Positions 11,801-21,622 of a stretch of 35,295 nucleotides of DNA are shown in pieces. The stretch comes from Pelomyxa schiedti (taxonomy: Eukaryota; Protista; Evosea): the NCBI GenBank assembly GCA_020536535.1, contig JAHLWZ010000072.1:1-35295 (forward strand), written 5' to 3'. The notes below the pieces were generated by a model. That model had not been told where the DNA came from, made no database searches, and was given only the letters and a program-made list of their open reading frames with translations. Both the position numbers and the translations under genes were made by a program. Positions within the stretch are counted from its first letter, which is position 1, and each line of letters opens with the position of its first letter.

Positions 11801-13502
11801 CCAAATAGTGCCTATACTGTTCATGTCATCAACTCGGCGGACGACACACTTGACAGCACATGGGGATACAACCCAGGGTGCGTTCAACACCAGACCGCAA
11901 CAGAAAGTTACTCCCACTCGTGCTCTTGGGAGCAGTCCACATTTTCTGGTTCCATCTCGGTAACATCTTCCTCGTTGTAGTTTTTCACTGATCGCATTTG
12001 ATAGACCTTGGCATATTCAACAACGGGCTGCACTGGATCCTCGACAAGTAGTTCAGTAACACCTGTTGGGATGAACACAGACTATTACTCGGCAGATTAC
12101 TTCTGTCTTGCACCCAACGACATGTGGCAAGTTGTGAAGATGCACTTGTATGGTGAAGAAGGTCTGTTGGAAACCCTACCTTCAGTCTTTCTCTTAAAAG
12201 TTGTTGATTCTCCACCAATAAATAGACCCTGTTTTCCGAGTTGTTACATACATCAACCCGTTCTGTCAGGTGACTTCTGGTTTCCTTGAATCAACGTTTT
12301 ATTACGAGTCTGAGTGCCACGAGATTGGAACAGATGACCCGGAGGCTGGTGACTACTTCACCTATGAGTGCGTTCCTACTTTGACACTTATTCCTTCACC
12401 AATCAATTTCCCACAGCCCGGTTGAGGTTCTGTGGTTCTCGGACTCCACATGCAGTGGAAACGCGACATACACATCGTGGTACAACCTTGACTGCATGCA
12501 ATATCGCTCATACGCCGCGTTCGTCTCTTATTGCAGCCTCGAGAATGCCCAAGCCACTGTGTGCAGTTCAAATACCCAATTTCTTTTGCAAATCCTAACC
12601 ACACACAGCTGGCTTTTCCCTGGGGACCTGTGTGCCCGTCATCGCTGGAGAGTATTTTCCTCCGCCTCGACCTCGTGGCACCCACCGGATCAGGTTCCGC
12701 TGTGTGCAACGACCTGTTCTCTTCATTTGATGATTTGTTCGAGACGGAAAACTACCTGCTCACAAGCTGCGGTGAGTTCAACGACCTCATGAGATACGAT
12801 GTGGAGATTCTCACTGATACTGATGGTCAGTAGTATTAGCCAGTCGAATTTGACTTTAACTTAAACTTTGTCAGATTGCGCCGGTGTCCCGGTTTATGCT
12901 CAAGGAACGCTCACCAGATTCTGTGACCACACAGAGGACGGAACTTGTCACCTCAAGAACGAGGAAACCGGAACATACCTCAACCATACATGCCTGAAAC
13001 AGGCCACGTTCCAGGGAGGGTGAGAGGCCCCTTTTCCTTCATTCCCTCCTCCCCACTAAACAAACACTAAACACCAAACACACTAAACACACTAAACACA
13101 CTAAACACACTAAACACACTAAACACACTAACACTACACAGAGCGGCTCTTCTTCTGTCAGAGAGCAGCAGCTGCAACCTCGAGGAAATCACCGAGGTGT
13201 TCTTCTACCGGGGCGGCGACTGCGTGTGCAACGAAGAGGGCGAGTGCTGGTCGCTCGAGTGCACCCACACGACCACGTCCGACGACGGCGCGGAGCAGCA
13301 GCAGGGCACCATCACGTTCACGCGCTACTCGTCGATGTCCACGTGCAACTCCACCGGGTCCGTCGACGAGTACCCCGACGGCGAGTGCGACGGGAGCGGC
13401 AAGCTGTGGCTGTGCCCGGCACCTCGCTTGGGTGCTGCTGCTGCTGCCTCCTTGTTGTCGATTCTCATGTTGTGGTGGGGCTTGGTTGCTCTTCTCCTCT
13501 GA
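8849..13502 (+). CDS. Large Cys/Tyr/Asp/Ser/Thr-rich repeat cell-surface protein, signal peptide and probable GPI anchor (multi-exon)
   Basis: N-terminus MGSLWVLLLPLLSLLGSSIA-D. GT-AG exons splice into a continuous Cys-rich frame. C-terminus PAPRLGAAAAASLLSILMLWWGLVALLL* has no cytoplasmic tail. Confidence 0.85.
13054..13140 (+). repeat. (CACTAAACA)n 9-bp minisatellite inside last intron
   Basis: Roughly 8-9 units, partly degenerate, ending just before the AG acceptor. Confidence 0.9.
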
Positions 13503-13636
13503 GGAAGTACTACCCTTTTGGGAGTAGTACTTACAGCAGAACCGAACCTTCTGATGTACTCGTAAACAAAAAATTTAAAGCCATTTCCCTGAAAACAAGG
13601 CCTTTAAACGAAGCCACACCACGCAACAGTTCCTAT

Positions 13637-14836
13637 ATGCAAGTGGTCGACGTCAAAGTGACGAAACCAAGTTGGCTCGGCGACGTTGCCTTTCTCCGGG
13701 TCCTGAGGGCAAGTGATCAATTCGCGGTGTTGGTTGTGGCTGTTCGGTCGGCTCGGTGTGGCGAACACTCGCCTGCGCGGGTTTTGGGGACGCAGCTCCT
13801 CAAGCAATTGTGGGACGACTGGGTCGTCGGTTGCCACAGGGTGTTGGTTCTGAGTGTCATGGTTTCGCCTCGTAACAACCCGCACGCCGACGATGACCTC
13901 GTTCACCGGTGCTTTATCAGGTTCGGAGTGTCACCCCTGCTTATGGGAGTCACCACCGCGGTGCTAATTGTGGAGGCAAGAGATCTGGCTGCGGAGAGAA
14001 TGCTGATGTGGTTCGACGAAAATAGGTTCCTCGAAATGGCCGCTGATGGTGGTGCTGTGCAAATCAGGGACACAGTCACTGGGCAAACAACAAAGATTTC
14101 AGACAAGGGGATCTGGCAAGCAAATGGGCAGTGGTGGCTCCACATCAGAAATAAAGGCAGGGGCCTTGCAGTCATGCCAGTTGGGCCGGAACTCACTCCC
14201 CCGGTTGTTGTTGAACTCCCTGAATCACGAGATATCCACTTTGCTATGGACAAAGTGGTCTCATCACAGGCAGTGGGGCTCGTGCAGCAAGTTGATGGAG
14301 GCTATGCCTTCTGGGTGGTTGATGTTGCTGAGACCTTCTCCACCGGAACCCTGCAGGTTGTGAGCAGGACTCCCTTTATGTTTCCACAGCTGAACTTGGA
14401 TGAGTCTGGTTGGAAAGCAGTGAAGTTTTTTGTGCTGGATAACAAATCCAGTCAAAGTGTCTTCATTGTTTCCACTTTCGAGGAAGTTTCCTGGATGTCA
14501 CTTGTTGTTGCAGTTCACTCTGATGGAAGGGTGAAGGTGCTCTATCCCCATGAATCAATGTGCACCTTGGAGCAAGTGAGTTGCTCGGGGTTCTTGGTCC
14601 ACCACACAGATAGACACAGGTTGGACATTTGGGACTACAACAAAACCACAAACGAGGTTGCTACAATCAGGATTATACAGGCTCATGCGACAATCCTGGG
14701 AGGAGGGGGGTTCATTGTGCTCATTCAAGATTCAGAAAATTTGCAAGTGATTGATGCTGCCTCAATGCTCGTTGTGTTGCAGTTGAAACTTGATGGATGG
14801 GCCATGATTCTTCTTCCTGACACCTCATTCTTGTGA
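13637..14836 (+). CDS. Intronless orphan-family paralog 1 (conserved N-terminal box + beta-rich C-terminal region)
   Basis: TKPSWLGD...QFA.LVVA...RCG.HSPARVLGTQLLKQLWDDWVVGC, FGVSPLLMGVTT, SSQAV, LDIWD, GGGF, all shared with the other copies. Start codon uncertain. Confidence 0.85.
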   Translation: MQVVDVKVTKPSWLGDVAFLRVLRASDQFAVLVVAVRSARCGEHSPARVLGTQLLKQLWDDWVVGCHRVLVLSVMVSPRNNPHADDDLVHRCFIRFGVSPLLMGVTTAVLIVEARDLAAERMLMWFDENRFLEMAADGGAVQIRDTVTGQTTKISDKGIWQANGQWWLHIRNKGRGLAVMPVGPELTPPVVVELPESRDIHFAMDKVVSSQAVGLVQQVDGGYAFWVVDVAETFSTGTLQVVSRTPFMFPQLNLDESGWKAVKFFVLDNKSSQSVFIVSTFEEVSWMSLVVAVHSDGRVKVLYPHESMCTLEQVSCSGFLVHHTDRHRLDIWDYNKTTNEVATIRIIQAHATILGGGGFIVLIQDSENLQVIDAASMLVVLQLKLDGWAMILLPDTSFL

Positions 14837-14886
14837 ACAAAGGTTTGTCGTCAAAACAAACTGTAATTTTCGGCCCTCACTCTATT

Positions 14887-14982
14887 ATTTGGCTGAAAGA
14901 AAAAAACACCAGACCGCCGATCCTGGGCAAGGATACCAAAATTACGCCCTTCCGGTCCGTTGATTATTTTATTCAGCCAAAT
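14887..14982. mobile_element. ~96-bp MITE-like element with 11-bp TIRs
   Basis: ATTTGGCTGAA ... TTCAGCCAAAT. Internal sequence matches both halves of the 8563-8736 palindrome. No clear TSD. Confidence 0.6.
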
Positions 14983-15029
14983 GTAAATATATGTACATAA
15001 ATCCATTTCACAGAAAACCAATCAAAGCG

Positions 15030-16349
15030 ATGTCGGTGGACCAACCGACACCACCAGCAAGCAAGAGAGCCAGGATCGACGTCGATCCCAACCCCTCACT
15101 AAGATTCAACAACGCAAAAGCGACCCAACCAAGTTGGCTTGGCGACGTACGGTTCGGCTCGGCGCTGGTGGCACGTGCCCAGTTCGCGTCCCTTGTCGTG
15201 GCCGCGCAGTGTCCCACGAGGTGCGGGGCCAGATCGCCGGCGCGGGTTTTGGGGACGCACCTGCTCAGGCAATTGTGGGACGACTGGGTCGTCGGCTGCC
15301 AAAGGGTGCTTGTGCTCGACGCCGCGGTCTTTCAGCGAGGAACCAGCGGCAATAACCCAGGGCTTGAGAGGAGGTGCACTTTCAGGTTTGGGATGTCGCC
15401 GATACTTATGGGAGTCACAACTGTGGTGCAAGTGGAGGCCACTGGTAAATTAATTGGAAATGATGAGAACAGCAAGAAGAGGGTTGATGGGGACAGGTAC
15501 CTTGAAATGGAGAATGGTGGCCACCCTGAGGTGTGGATTAGGAATTCAACCACTGGGGAAGAAAGGTTCCTGAGGCAGGAGGATGGGAGTGCAGTAGCCT
15601 CCTGTGCAAATGCAAAGTGGTGGGTGCAACTCAAGAAAGAGGGAATGGAGCTCTCTATCACAGATATTGAAGTGGAGGGGGGCGATTTGGCTCCAGAGGT
15701 TTCTCTGATGCTCCCCGATGATATTGTTCCAGATTCAAGCTGCCTAGCGTTGGATAGGCTCGTTTCATCACAGGCCGTGCTCCTCATGGAACACATCCAT
15801 GGCACGAGGAGATTCTCCTCTTTCTTGGTGGTTGATTTAGCCAAGACATTCTCTACCAGAACCCTGCAGGTTGCGGAGAGTACTACGTGTGTGTTTCCAC
15901 ATCAAAACACAAGTGTGGTGTGGAAAGTGGGAGAGATCCTCATGATGCGAACCAGGTCCAACCAAACCGTGTTCATTGTTGATACCTTCAACTGGGAAGG
16001 CAAGTCCATCATTCTCGCCGTTCAGCCAAATGGAGATGTGACAAAGATATACACCCAAGTGTATGATTGCCGTATCTTCCAAGTGAGTAGTTCCCTGTTC
16101 TCAATCTACAACGACGAGGCCAACAGGCTGGACATCTGGGACTGCAACGAAACAACCAAGAAGCACCCTGTCAGCAGGTCGATGCATGAACTGGAAGACC
16201 AGGGAATCATGGGAGGTTTTGGGTTCATCACATTTGTACAAGATGGGGAACTGCAAGTGATTGAAGCATCATCAGGGGTCGTCGTCCTGTCCATGGAGAT
16301 TGATGCCTGGCGCATTGCAGGACTGTTTTCTGAGACCTCATTCATGTGA
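15030..16349 (+). CDS. Intronless orphan-family paralog 2
   Basis: 439-aa ORF from MSVDQPTPPASKRARI, same motif series. Confidence 0.9.
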   Translation: MSVDQPTPPASKRARIDVDPNPSLRFNNAKATQPSWLGDVRFGSALVARAQFASLVVAAQCPTRCGARSPARVLGTHLLRQLWDDWVVGCQRVLVLDAAVFQRGTSGNNPGLERRCTFRFGMSPILMGVTTVVQVEATGKLIGNDENSKKRVDGDRYLEMENGGHPEVWIRNSTTGEERFLRQEDGSAVASCANAKWWVQLKKEGMELSITDIEVEGGDLAPEVSLMLPDDIVPDSSCLALDRLVSSQAVLLMEHIHGTRRFSSFLVVDLAKTFSTRTLQVAESTTCVFPHQNTSVVWKVGEILMMRTRSNQTVFIVDTFNWEGKSIILAVQPNGDVTKIYTQVYDCRIFQVSSSLFSIYNDEANRLDIWDCNETTKKHPVSRSMHELEDQGIMGGFGFITFVQDGELQVIEASSGVVVLSMEIDAWRIAGLFSETSFM

Positions 16350-16412
16350 TACAAAGGTCGAGTAGGGGGATTGCCAAAAAAAAAACTAGTTTGTATTTTT
16401 CAAAGTGGCTTA

Positions 16413-18280
16413 TCACAGGCATAGGAACCCAAGGGCAGTGAGTACGTAAGGTACCTCCTTACAGTAGCAATACTGGCCAGCAAAACCAACCACAGGCCTC
16501 AAAGTTACTGCACAGGTGTCTGGTCCACTCTGACCAAACTCCTTAAAAGACCCACGGTTTGTTGTGAAGGAAAGTCTCTCTAGGTACTCCTTAGCCCGAC
16601 CACGGACCTCCACTATGAACTCCTCGTCACCAAGAGTGAATATATGGGGTGTCCCACCAGTGCCACCGTGTCGGGGTCCCTCAACAAGTCCATCAGGAGT
16701 TTGGTACACTGCCTGAATGCTATCAATGTACGTGCCGTACCATATTTTGACTGCGTGCAGCCTCATTGCATGGCTGGGATCATCTGTAAATTCTGAGTCT
16801 TTGTAGTCACTCTTCCCTCTGTCCCCTTTCAAGTGGTATCTCGTTTGGACATGACTTGTAATCAGTTCCGGAGGTGCACTACGCATCAGACGTTCAATTT
16901 CCGTTTTCAAAGCTTCATTACGTGACAATTTATAGATGGGGACTGCATCTATTTCAAATATTAGTGGGTGGTTTGGGCAAGAAAGGGTGAGCGTACTGGA
17001 GCATTCAATGACAGCCCAGCTGTCGGATACAGATTTTGCCCATCCAGTGGGTCTTGTGATATCATTCAAACAACTGCCTCCCAGTGAATGCCATTTAAAG
17101 CTGAATGCCGAAGTCAGGTCTGTTGAGTCAAGTGAGTTCTTTACACCCCCTTTAGCACCCACTGACGCATTTCCAGTCAGAACTTCTAATACTGCAGAGA
17201 CGGCACCCCGGAAGTTGGTAACAAATTTCGTAACTTTGTCTTCAGTAGTGGCATACTTTTCTGCTGCTTGTGATCCAAAAAGGAGTCCACCAATCTTGAA
17301 GTCTAGAGCCACAAAATAACCCACTGTAGTGAACACGTGGTGCAACGCACCCCTTTTAGCATCATCAGATTCCAGCGTTAATGACTTCTCCAGCATGTCC
17401 TCAATGCTGCTGTTCAGAGTAATTGATGTTTGCAGGATAGAAACTGTGGCTTTGACAACTTTCATGGCTCCACAATACACAACTGTGTGGGCACCCTCAC
17501 CACGAGTTTTGAAGAGGTCCATTTCAGTACTGAGATGAGCTGACACTGCAGCCTATGGCCATGAATATCAAAAAAAGTTTAAAAGTTGTACCTTCCACAC
17601 AGGAACCCCATAGCTGCCTGAAATTTCACTGGTAACAGACAGAATTTGAGATTTCAGAATGTTTAGATGAGACTCAGAGTCCAAACTATGGAACGTGTAA
17701 TCTGGTGCTAAATTAGTCGGCTTGAATGATAGAAAAGGGCAATTAACCTGTGTGATTGAAAACATCAACAAAAGGCTTGACTGCGTTCTCAGTGAAGACG
17801 ATAGCAGCATTTTTATTCATTATTGTCCCATCGAGTCGGGTGCAAACAGGGTAGGCCCTTGCAGCAATCGCGGCCTTATTCAAAAGGAAAATGAATAATT
17901 TTATTTAAAAATGCGATAGAAAAGAAGGGAAGATACCGCATCCACTGCAGGAACCACATTGATCGCCGCATCAGAAAACGTTGGTGGCACGGGTGGCGTT
18001 GGAAGTCAACCGACGGTGTTGTGGCAGTACCTGCCTCCTTGGTTGGAAACGAGGGTTCTAACCAAGGTTTTTCTGCTTTTCCCAGTTTCTTCATTGCGTT
18101 GTCTATGTATGTCCTAACATCGGACACCTGTGCGTTTTCAGTGTCTAATTAGAGTTGGGTTGGACACACGTCTACGGGGTCGCTTTTCTTGGGGGTGCGG
18201 TTGCTTCGGTCGGTAGTGTTAGTCTCCAGCGACGCGATCCTCGGTCTCTTGTGTGTCGGCGATGTTGGTTCGTCCGACAT
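16413..18280 (-). CDS. MACPF-like domain + C-terminal jacalin-like lectin domain protein (multi-exon; possible frameshift near 18004)
   Basis: Jacalin motifs YIDSIQAVY, GPRHGGTGG, FTLGDEEFIVEVRGR, LSFTTNRG..FG. MACPF-like spacing VGYFV-x6-GG and LGG...WAKSV..WAVI...VPIYKL after removing a 48-nt in-frame intron. ATG at 18280 begins MSDEPTSPTHKRPRI. Confidence 0.75.
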
Positions 18281-18413
18281 CCTGGGGTAACTTTTTTTGT
18301 TCTATCTTGTCAAAGGAAAAAAACAACCAAGACTTGACGAGGCCAAGTTGGGAAATCGCCGCAGAGGGATTAGGAAGGTAACCGCTTCTAGAGCCAACTG
18401 TGTTTTGTGCATT

Positions 18414-18746
18414 CTGCTACGCCGAGTACCTCTAGTCGCATTCGGAACAAAAAACCCCAAGTCGGAAAAACCCAGTTGTAGCTGTTGGCTTACCGTCAGC
18501 CGCCGTGCGCTTACGGGAGGGGGGCCGTGGGCTGGCGGTGATCGTTACCTCCATGCAGAAGGTGTCTGGAATGAGGGGAGAGCGCTAGCCCCAGACGCTG
18601 GCAACAAAGAGCCGATCAAGACTCGAGACTTACAATTTTCTAGTAAAGTCACTGTACAACTTGGGTTTAACATTCCCACACGGGTTTAAAATTCCGACTC
18701 GGGTTTTTTTTTGCGACTCGGATTCCCGAGGGGACTCTACATACAG
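18414..18746. mobile_element. Fold-back element with long imperfect terminal inverted repeats
   Basis: Left arm GAGTACCTC-TAGTCGCA..AAAAAACCCCAAGTCGGAAAAACCCAGTTGTA. Right arm TACAACTTGGGTTT..TTCCGACTCGGGTTTTTT..TGCGACT..GAGGGGACTC. Internal hairpins present. Confidence 0.6.
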
Positions 18747-19747
18747 TTCGCGTCGTTGGTCGCCGCCGCGCAGTTCCCCGCGAGGTGTGGGGCCAGATCG
18801 GGGGCGCGGATTTTGGGGACGCACCTGCTCAGGCAATTGTGGGACGACTGGGTCGTGGGTTGCCAAAGGGTGCTGGTGTTGGACACCCAGGTTTGGATTC
18901 ACAAGTGCAGTTTTGTGATTCTGTAGAATACACAAGCAAACTCTCTGCGAGCACGAGCACGAACACCTAGACTGAGAGACTGACCTGCTGAGTCAGCACT
19001 CGGACCTGACATCTTAGGAAATCAAGTTCGCGGAAATCTACCTGATCGTTCACCTCGATTTCAAGTCGTTTTCGAGTCCTTATAAGCCCAACACACTCCA
19101 ACCTTAGAATCACGACCTAAACCCACAAATCAAAACAAACAACAAACAGAACAAATAATAGAATCTCTTCCATGATCTTGTGCTTGTTCTCTGCTTTCTC
19201 GTCACACACTGAACTACACATCCCCACAGAAGCACACAGTTTCCAGTTTGGCATCTCTCCACTGCTTATGGGAGTCACAACTTATGTGCAAGTTCTGGAA
19301 AGTGAGCACTTCCTTGGCGGTGAGTTTACATCGGCTCAGAGGAGGTGGGTCGACGACAGCAGGTTCATCCTGGTGCATGACCCTGGGGTGTGGATCAGGA
19401 ATCCATTCTCTGGGGAACAGAGGCGCCTGAGGAAAGAGTCAGTGGCTTATTGTTATACGAGAACAGCAAATTCGAAGTGGTTTCTGGAGCTCCGGGTATA
19501 CGGCGGGAGGGTGCTTGTTGTAATGGAACTGGAAGGTTATAAAGAGGTTGAAGTTGCACTTCCTGATGACCTGGACAATGTGGGGCAATCTCACATTGAT
19601 CTGAATAAATATGTTTCATCACAGGCAGTGATCCTCGTGGAGCACATCGATTCCTGTACAGGAGCACTATTCACGTTCTTGGTGGTTGATGTAGCCAAGA
19701 ACAACGGGTTTCTAACCGAGGTACCTTTGCCACAACTTCAAAAATAA
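18744..19747 (+). pseudogene. Orphan-family paralog 3, lacking its start, interrupted and 3'-truncated
   Basis: QFASLV..LWDDWVVGCQRVLVLD, then a 323-bp insertion. Resumes FQFGISPLLMGVTT, and homology stops after FLVVDVAK. Confidence 0.9.
18914..19236 (+). mobile_element. Solo-LTR-like insertion, 323 bp, TG...CA ends, 6-bp TSD CAGTTT
   Basis: TSD at 18908-18913 and 19237-19242. Ends TGTGATTCTGT / ACAGAAGCACA (10/11 inverted match). Internal TATAAG then AAATAATA. Removal restores HKCSFQFGISPLLMG. Confidence 0.85.
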
Positions 19748-19782
19748 AAAGGAATTCCTTTCTGTGAAATCAAAAAAAGGGG

Positions 19783-21135
19783 ATGATGTCAGACGAACCA
19801 ACTCGGCGGACACACAAGAGACCGAGGATCGTGTTTGCCCTCAAAAAAAAAGATGCGGTCTTCGTTACGAAACCAAGCTGGCTTGGCGACATCGTTTTCC
19901 ACTGGGTGCTGGTGGCACGCGACCAGTTCGCGTCGCTGGTCGTGGCAGCGCAGTTCCCCGCGAGGTGCGGGGCCAGATCGCCTGCGCGGGTTTTGGGGAC
20001 GGCCCTGCTCAGGCAATTGTGGGACGACTGGGTCGTGGGCTGCCAAAGGGTGCTGGTGTTGGACACCTGGGTGTCCAAGCAAGGAGACGAGGAGGAGTCA
20101 TCGAGTCTCTACAAGAGGTGCATTTTCAGGTTTGGCATCTCGCCACTGCTTATGGGAGTCACAACAGCCCTGCAAGTTGTGCCGAGAGAGAAAGTCCTTC
20201 GCGAAGACTCGTTCGAGGGGAGTACCACGTGGATTGACGAAAGCAGGTGCCTCCTGGTGAAGAAACGTGGCAAGCTTCCGCTTGGAGTGTGGATCAATAA
20301 TCAATTCTCTGGGGAGAAGAGGTGCTTGAGGAAAGAATCAGTGGCTGAGAGTCGGACAGAAGCGAATTCAAGGTGGTGTCTGGAGCTCCAGAAGCACGGC
20401 GGAAGGGTGATGATTACTGTGACGGAACTGGAAGGTTATAAAGAGATTGAAGTTGCACTCCCCGATGATATTGATCCGTGGAAGTCTCACATTGCCTTGA
20501 ATAAATCTGTTTCATCACAGGCAGTGATCCTCGTGGAGCACTTCGATTCCTGCACAGGAGCAATGCTATTCACGTTCTTGGTGGTTGATTTAGCCAAGAC
20601 CTTCTCATCTGGATGCCTGCAAATCGTGAATAGATCTACTTCTGCGTTCCCAACACTGGACTATGAGGATGAATGGTCAGTGGGCAACATCCTCGTCATG
20701 CAAAACAAGGATGCTCAAAACGTGATCATTGTTCATATCGTCCGCAATCATTCAATGACTGACGATTCATTTCTTAGCGCTGTTCATTCAGATGGGGCTG
20801 TGGAATGGCTTTATGCCTCATATGAGAGGGAGATTGAGATTGTTGCGTGGGCTCGCTTATACCAAATCAGCAGCTCCCTGTTCTCAGTTCACTACAGCAC
20901 AACGGAGAGACTGGACATCTGGGACGCAAACGAAACTAGTCACCCTGTCTGCAGGTCCATCCTCAGAATCCCCAGCAATAAATTCTTGGTTGGTGGTGGA
21001 TTCATCATCTTTTTGGCTGATAGGGGAAACAAGCAAGTGATCACTGAGGCATCATCAGGCATCATCGCACTGTCCTTTGGGATTGATGGCTGGCGCTTCC
21101 ATGAACTGGCGAACATCACCTCATTCTTGTGGTGA
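19783..21135 (+). CDS. Intronless orphan-family paralog 4
   Basis: 450-aa ORF MMSDEPTRRTHKRPRI..., full motif series. Confidence 0.9.
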   Translation: MMSDEPTRRTHKRPRIVFALKKKDAVFVTKPSWLGDIVFHWVLVARDQFASLVVAAQFPARCGARSPARVLGTALLRQLWDDWVVGCQRVLVLDTWVSKQGDEEESSSLYKRCIFRFGISPLLMGVTTALQVVPREKVLREDSFEGSTTWIDESRCLLVKKRGKLPLGVWINNQFSGEKRCLRKESVAESRTEANSRWCLELQKHGGRVMITVTELEGYKEIEVALPDDIDPWKSHIALNKSVSSQAVILVEHFDSCTGAMLFTFLVVDLAKTFSSGCLQIVNRSTSAFPTLDYEDEWSVGNILVMQNKDAQNVIIVHIVRNHSMTDDSFLSAVHSDGAVEWLYASYEREIEIVAWARLYQISSSLFSVHYSTTERLDIWDANETSHPVCRSILRIPSNKFLVGGGFIIFLADRGNKQVITEASSGIIALSFGIDGWRFHELANITSFLW

Positions 21136-21146
21136 GCTGGTGACTC

Positions 21147-21464
21147 TGTTGACATCGGGTATCGGCGATAAAGGATAAGATAATAGATGCGATTTTATTA
21201 TTTTTTGATCGTGGTAAAGAAGTGAATGTTGTGTGTGTTGCTCGCGCTTATAAGCCTGCACATGGAAGGTGTAATTCAGTGTGGAAGGTTCAAGTCACGC
21301 TTCTCCAGGTGCATGTATATGCAAATCGGCTGAGGTGCAGTCGGTGGATGTCTGGTGAACTTCTCAATGTGGGAGGGAGTAGGCTTTCCTACTTAGGGGT
21401 TAGTCCGACTGTGGGCAGTGCCCACAGACTCCCCTTTGGCTACTGAACTTTGGTTGGTCACACA
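21147..21464 (-). mobile_element. Possible second solo-LTR-like relic
   Basis: Read on minus: TGTGTGAC...CTTATAAGC..CAACACAC..AAATAATAAAATC...GTCAACA. Same motif order and similar length as 18914-19236. No TSD found. Confidence 0.4.
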
Positions 21465-21622
21465 AAAAAAAGCAATTCTTCACCAATAAAATTTTCCTAT
21501 CATTCCAGTTATCTGTCAGCATGTTAGTGGAGCAAATGATGGTTAAGTACCCACGCAACAGCCACCCAACCTGGACCACAGAAAAAAAAACCTTCTTGCT
21601 TCTGTGAAATCAAAAAAAGGGG

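Noticed and set aside
13054-13140. Possible telomeric repeat or CRISPR array
   Set aside because: 9-bp intronic tandem repeat with no spacers and no G-rich telomere unit
13226-13636. N-terminal 137 aa of the 536-aa ORF
   Set aside because: Alternate-frame read-through of the GC-rich last exon of the surface protein; family homology starts only near 13637
19172-19236. Hydrophobic MILCLFSAFSS start for the 191-aa ORF
   Set aside because: Derived from the inserted element; the ORF is a truncated pseudogene fragment and there is no evidence of use
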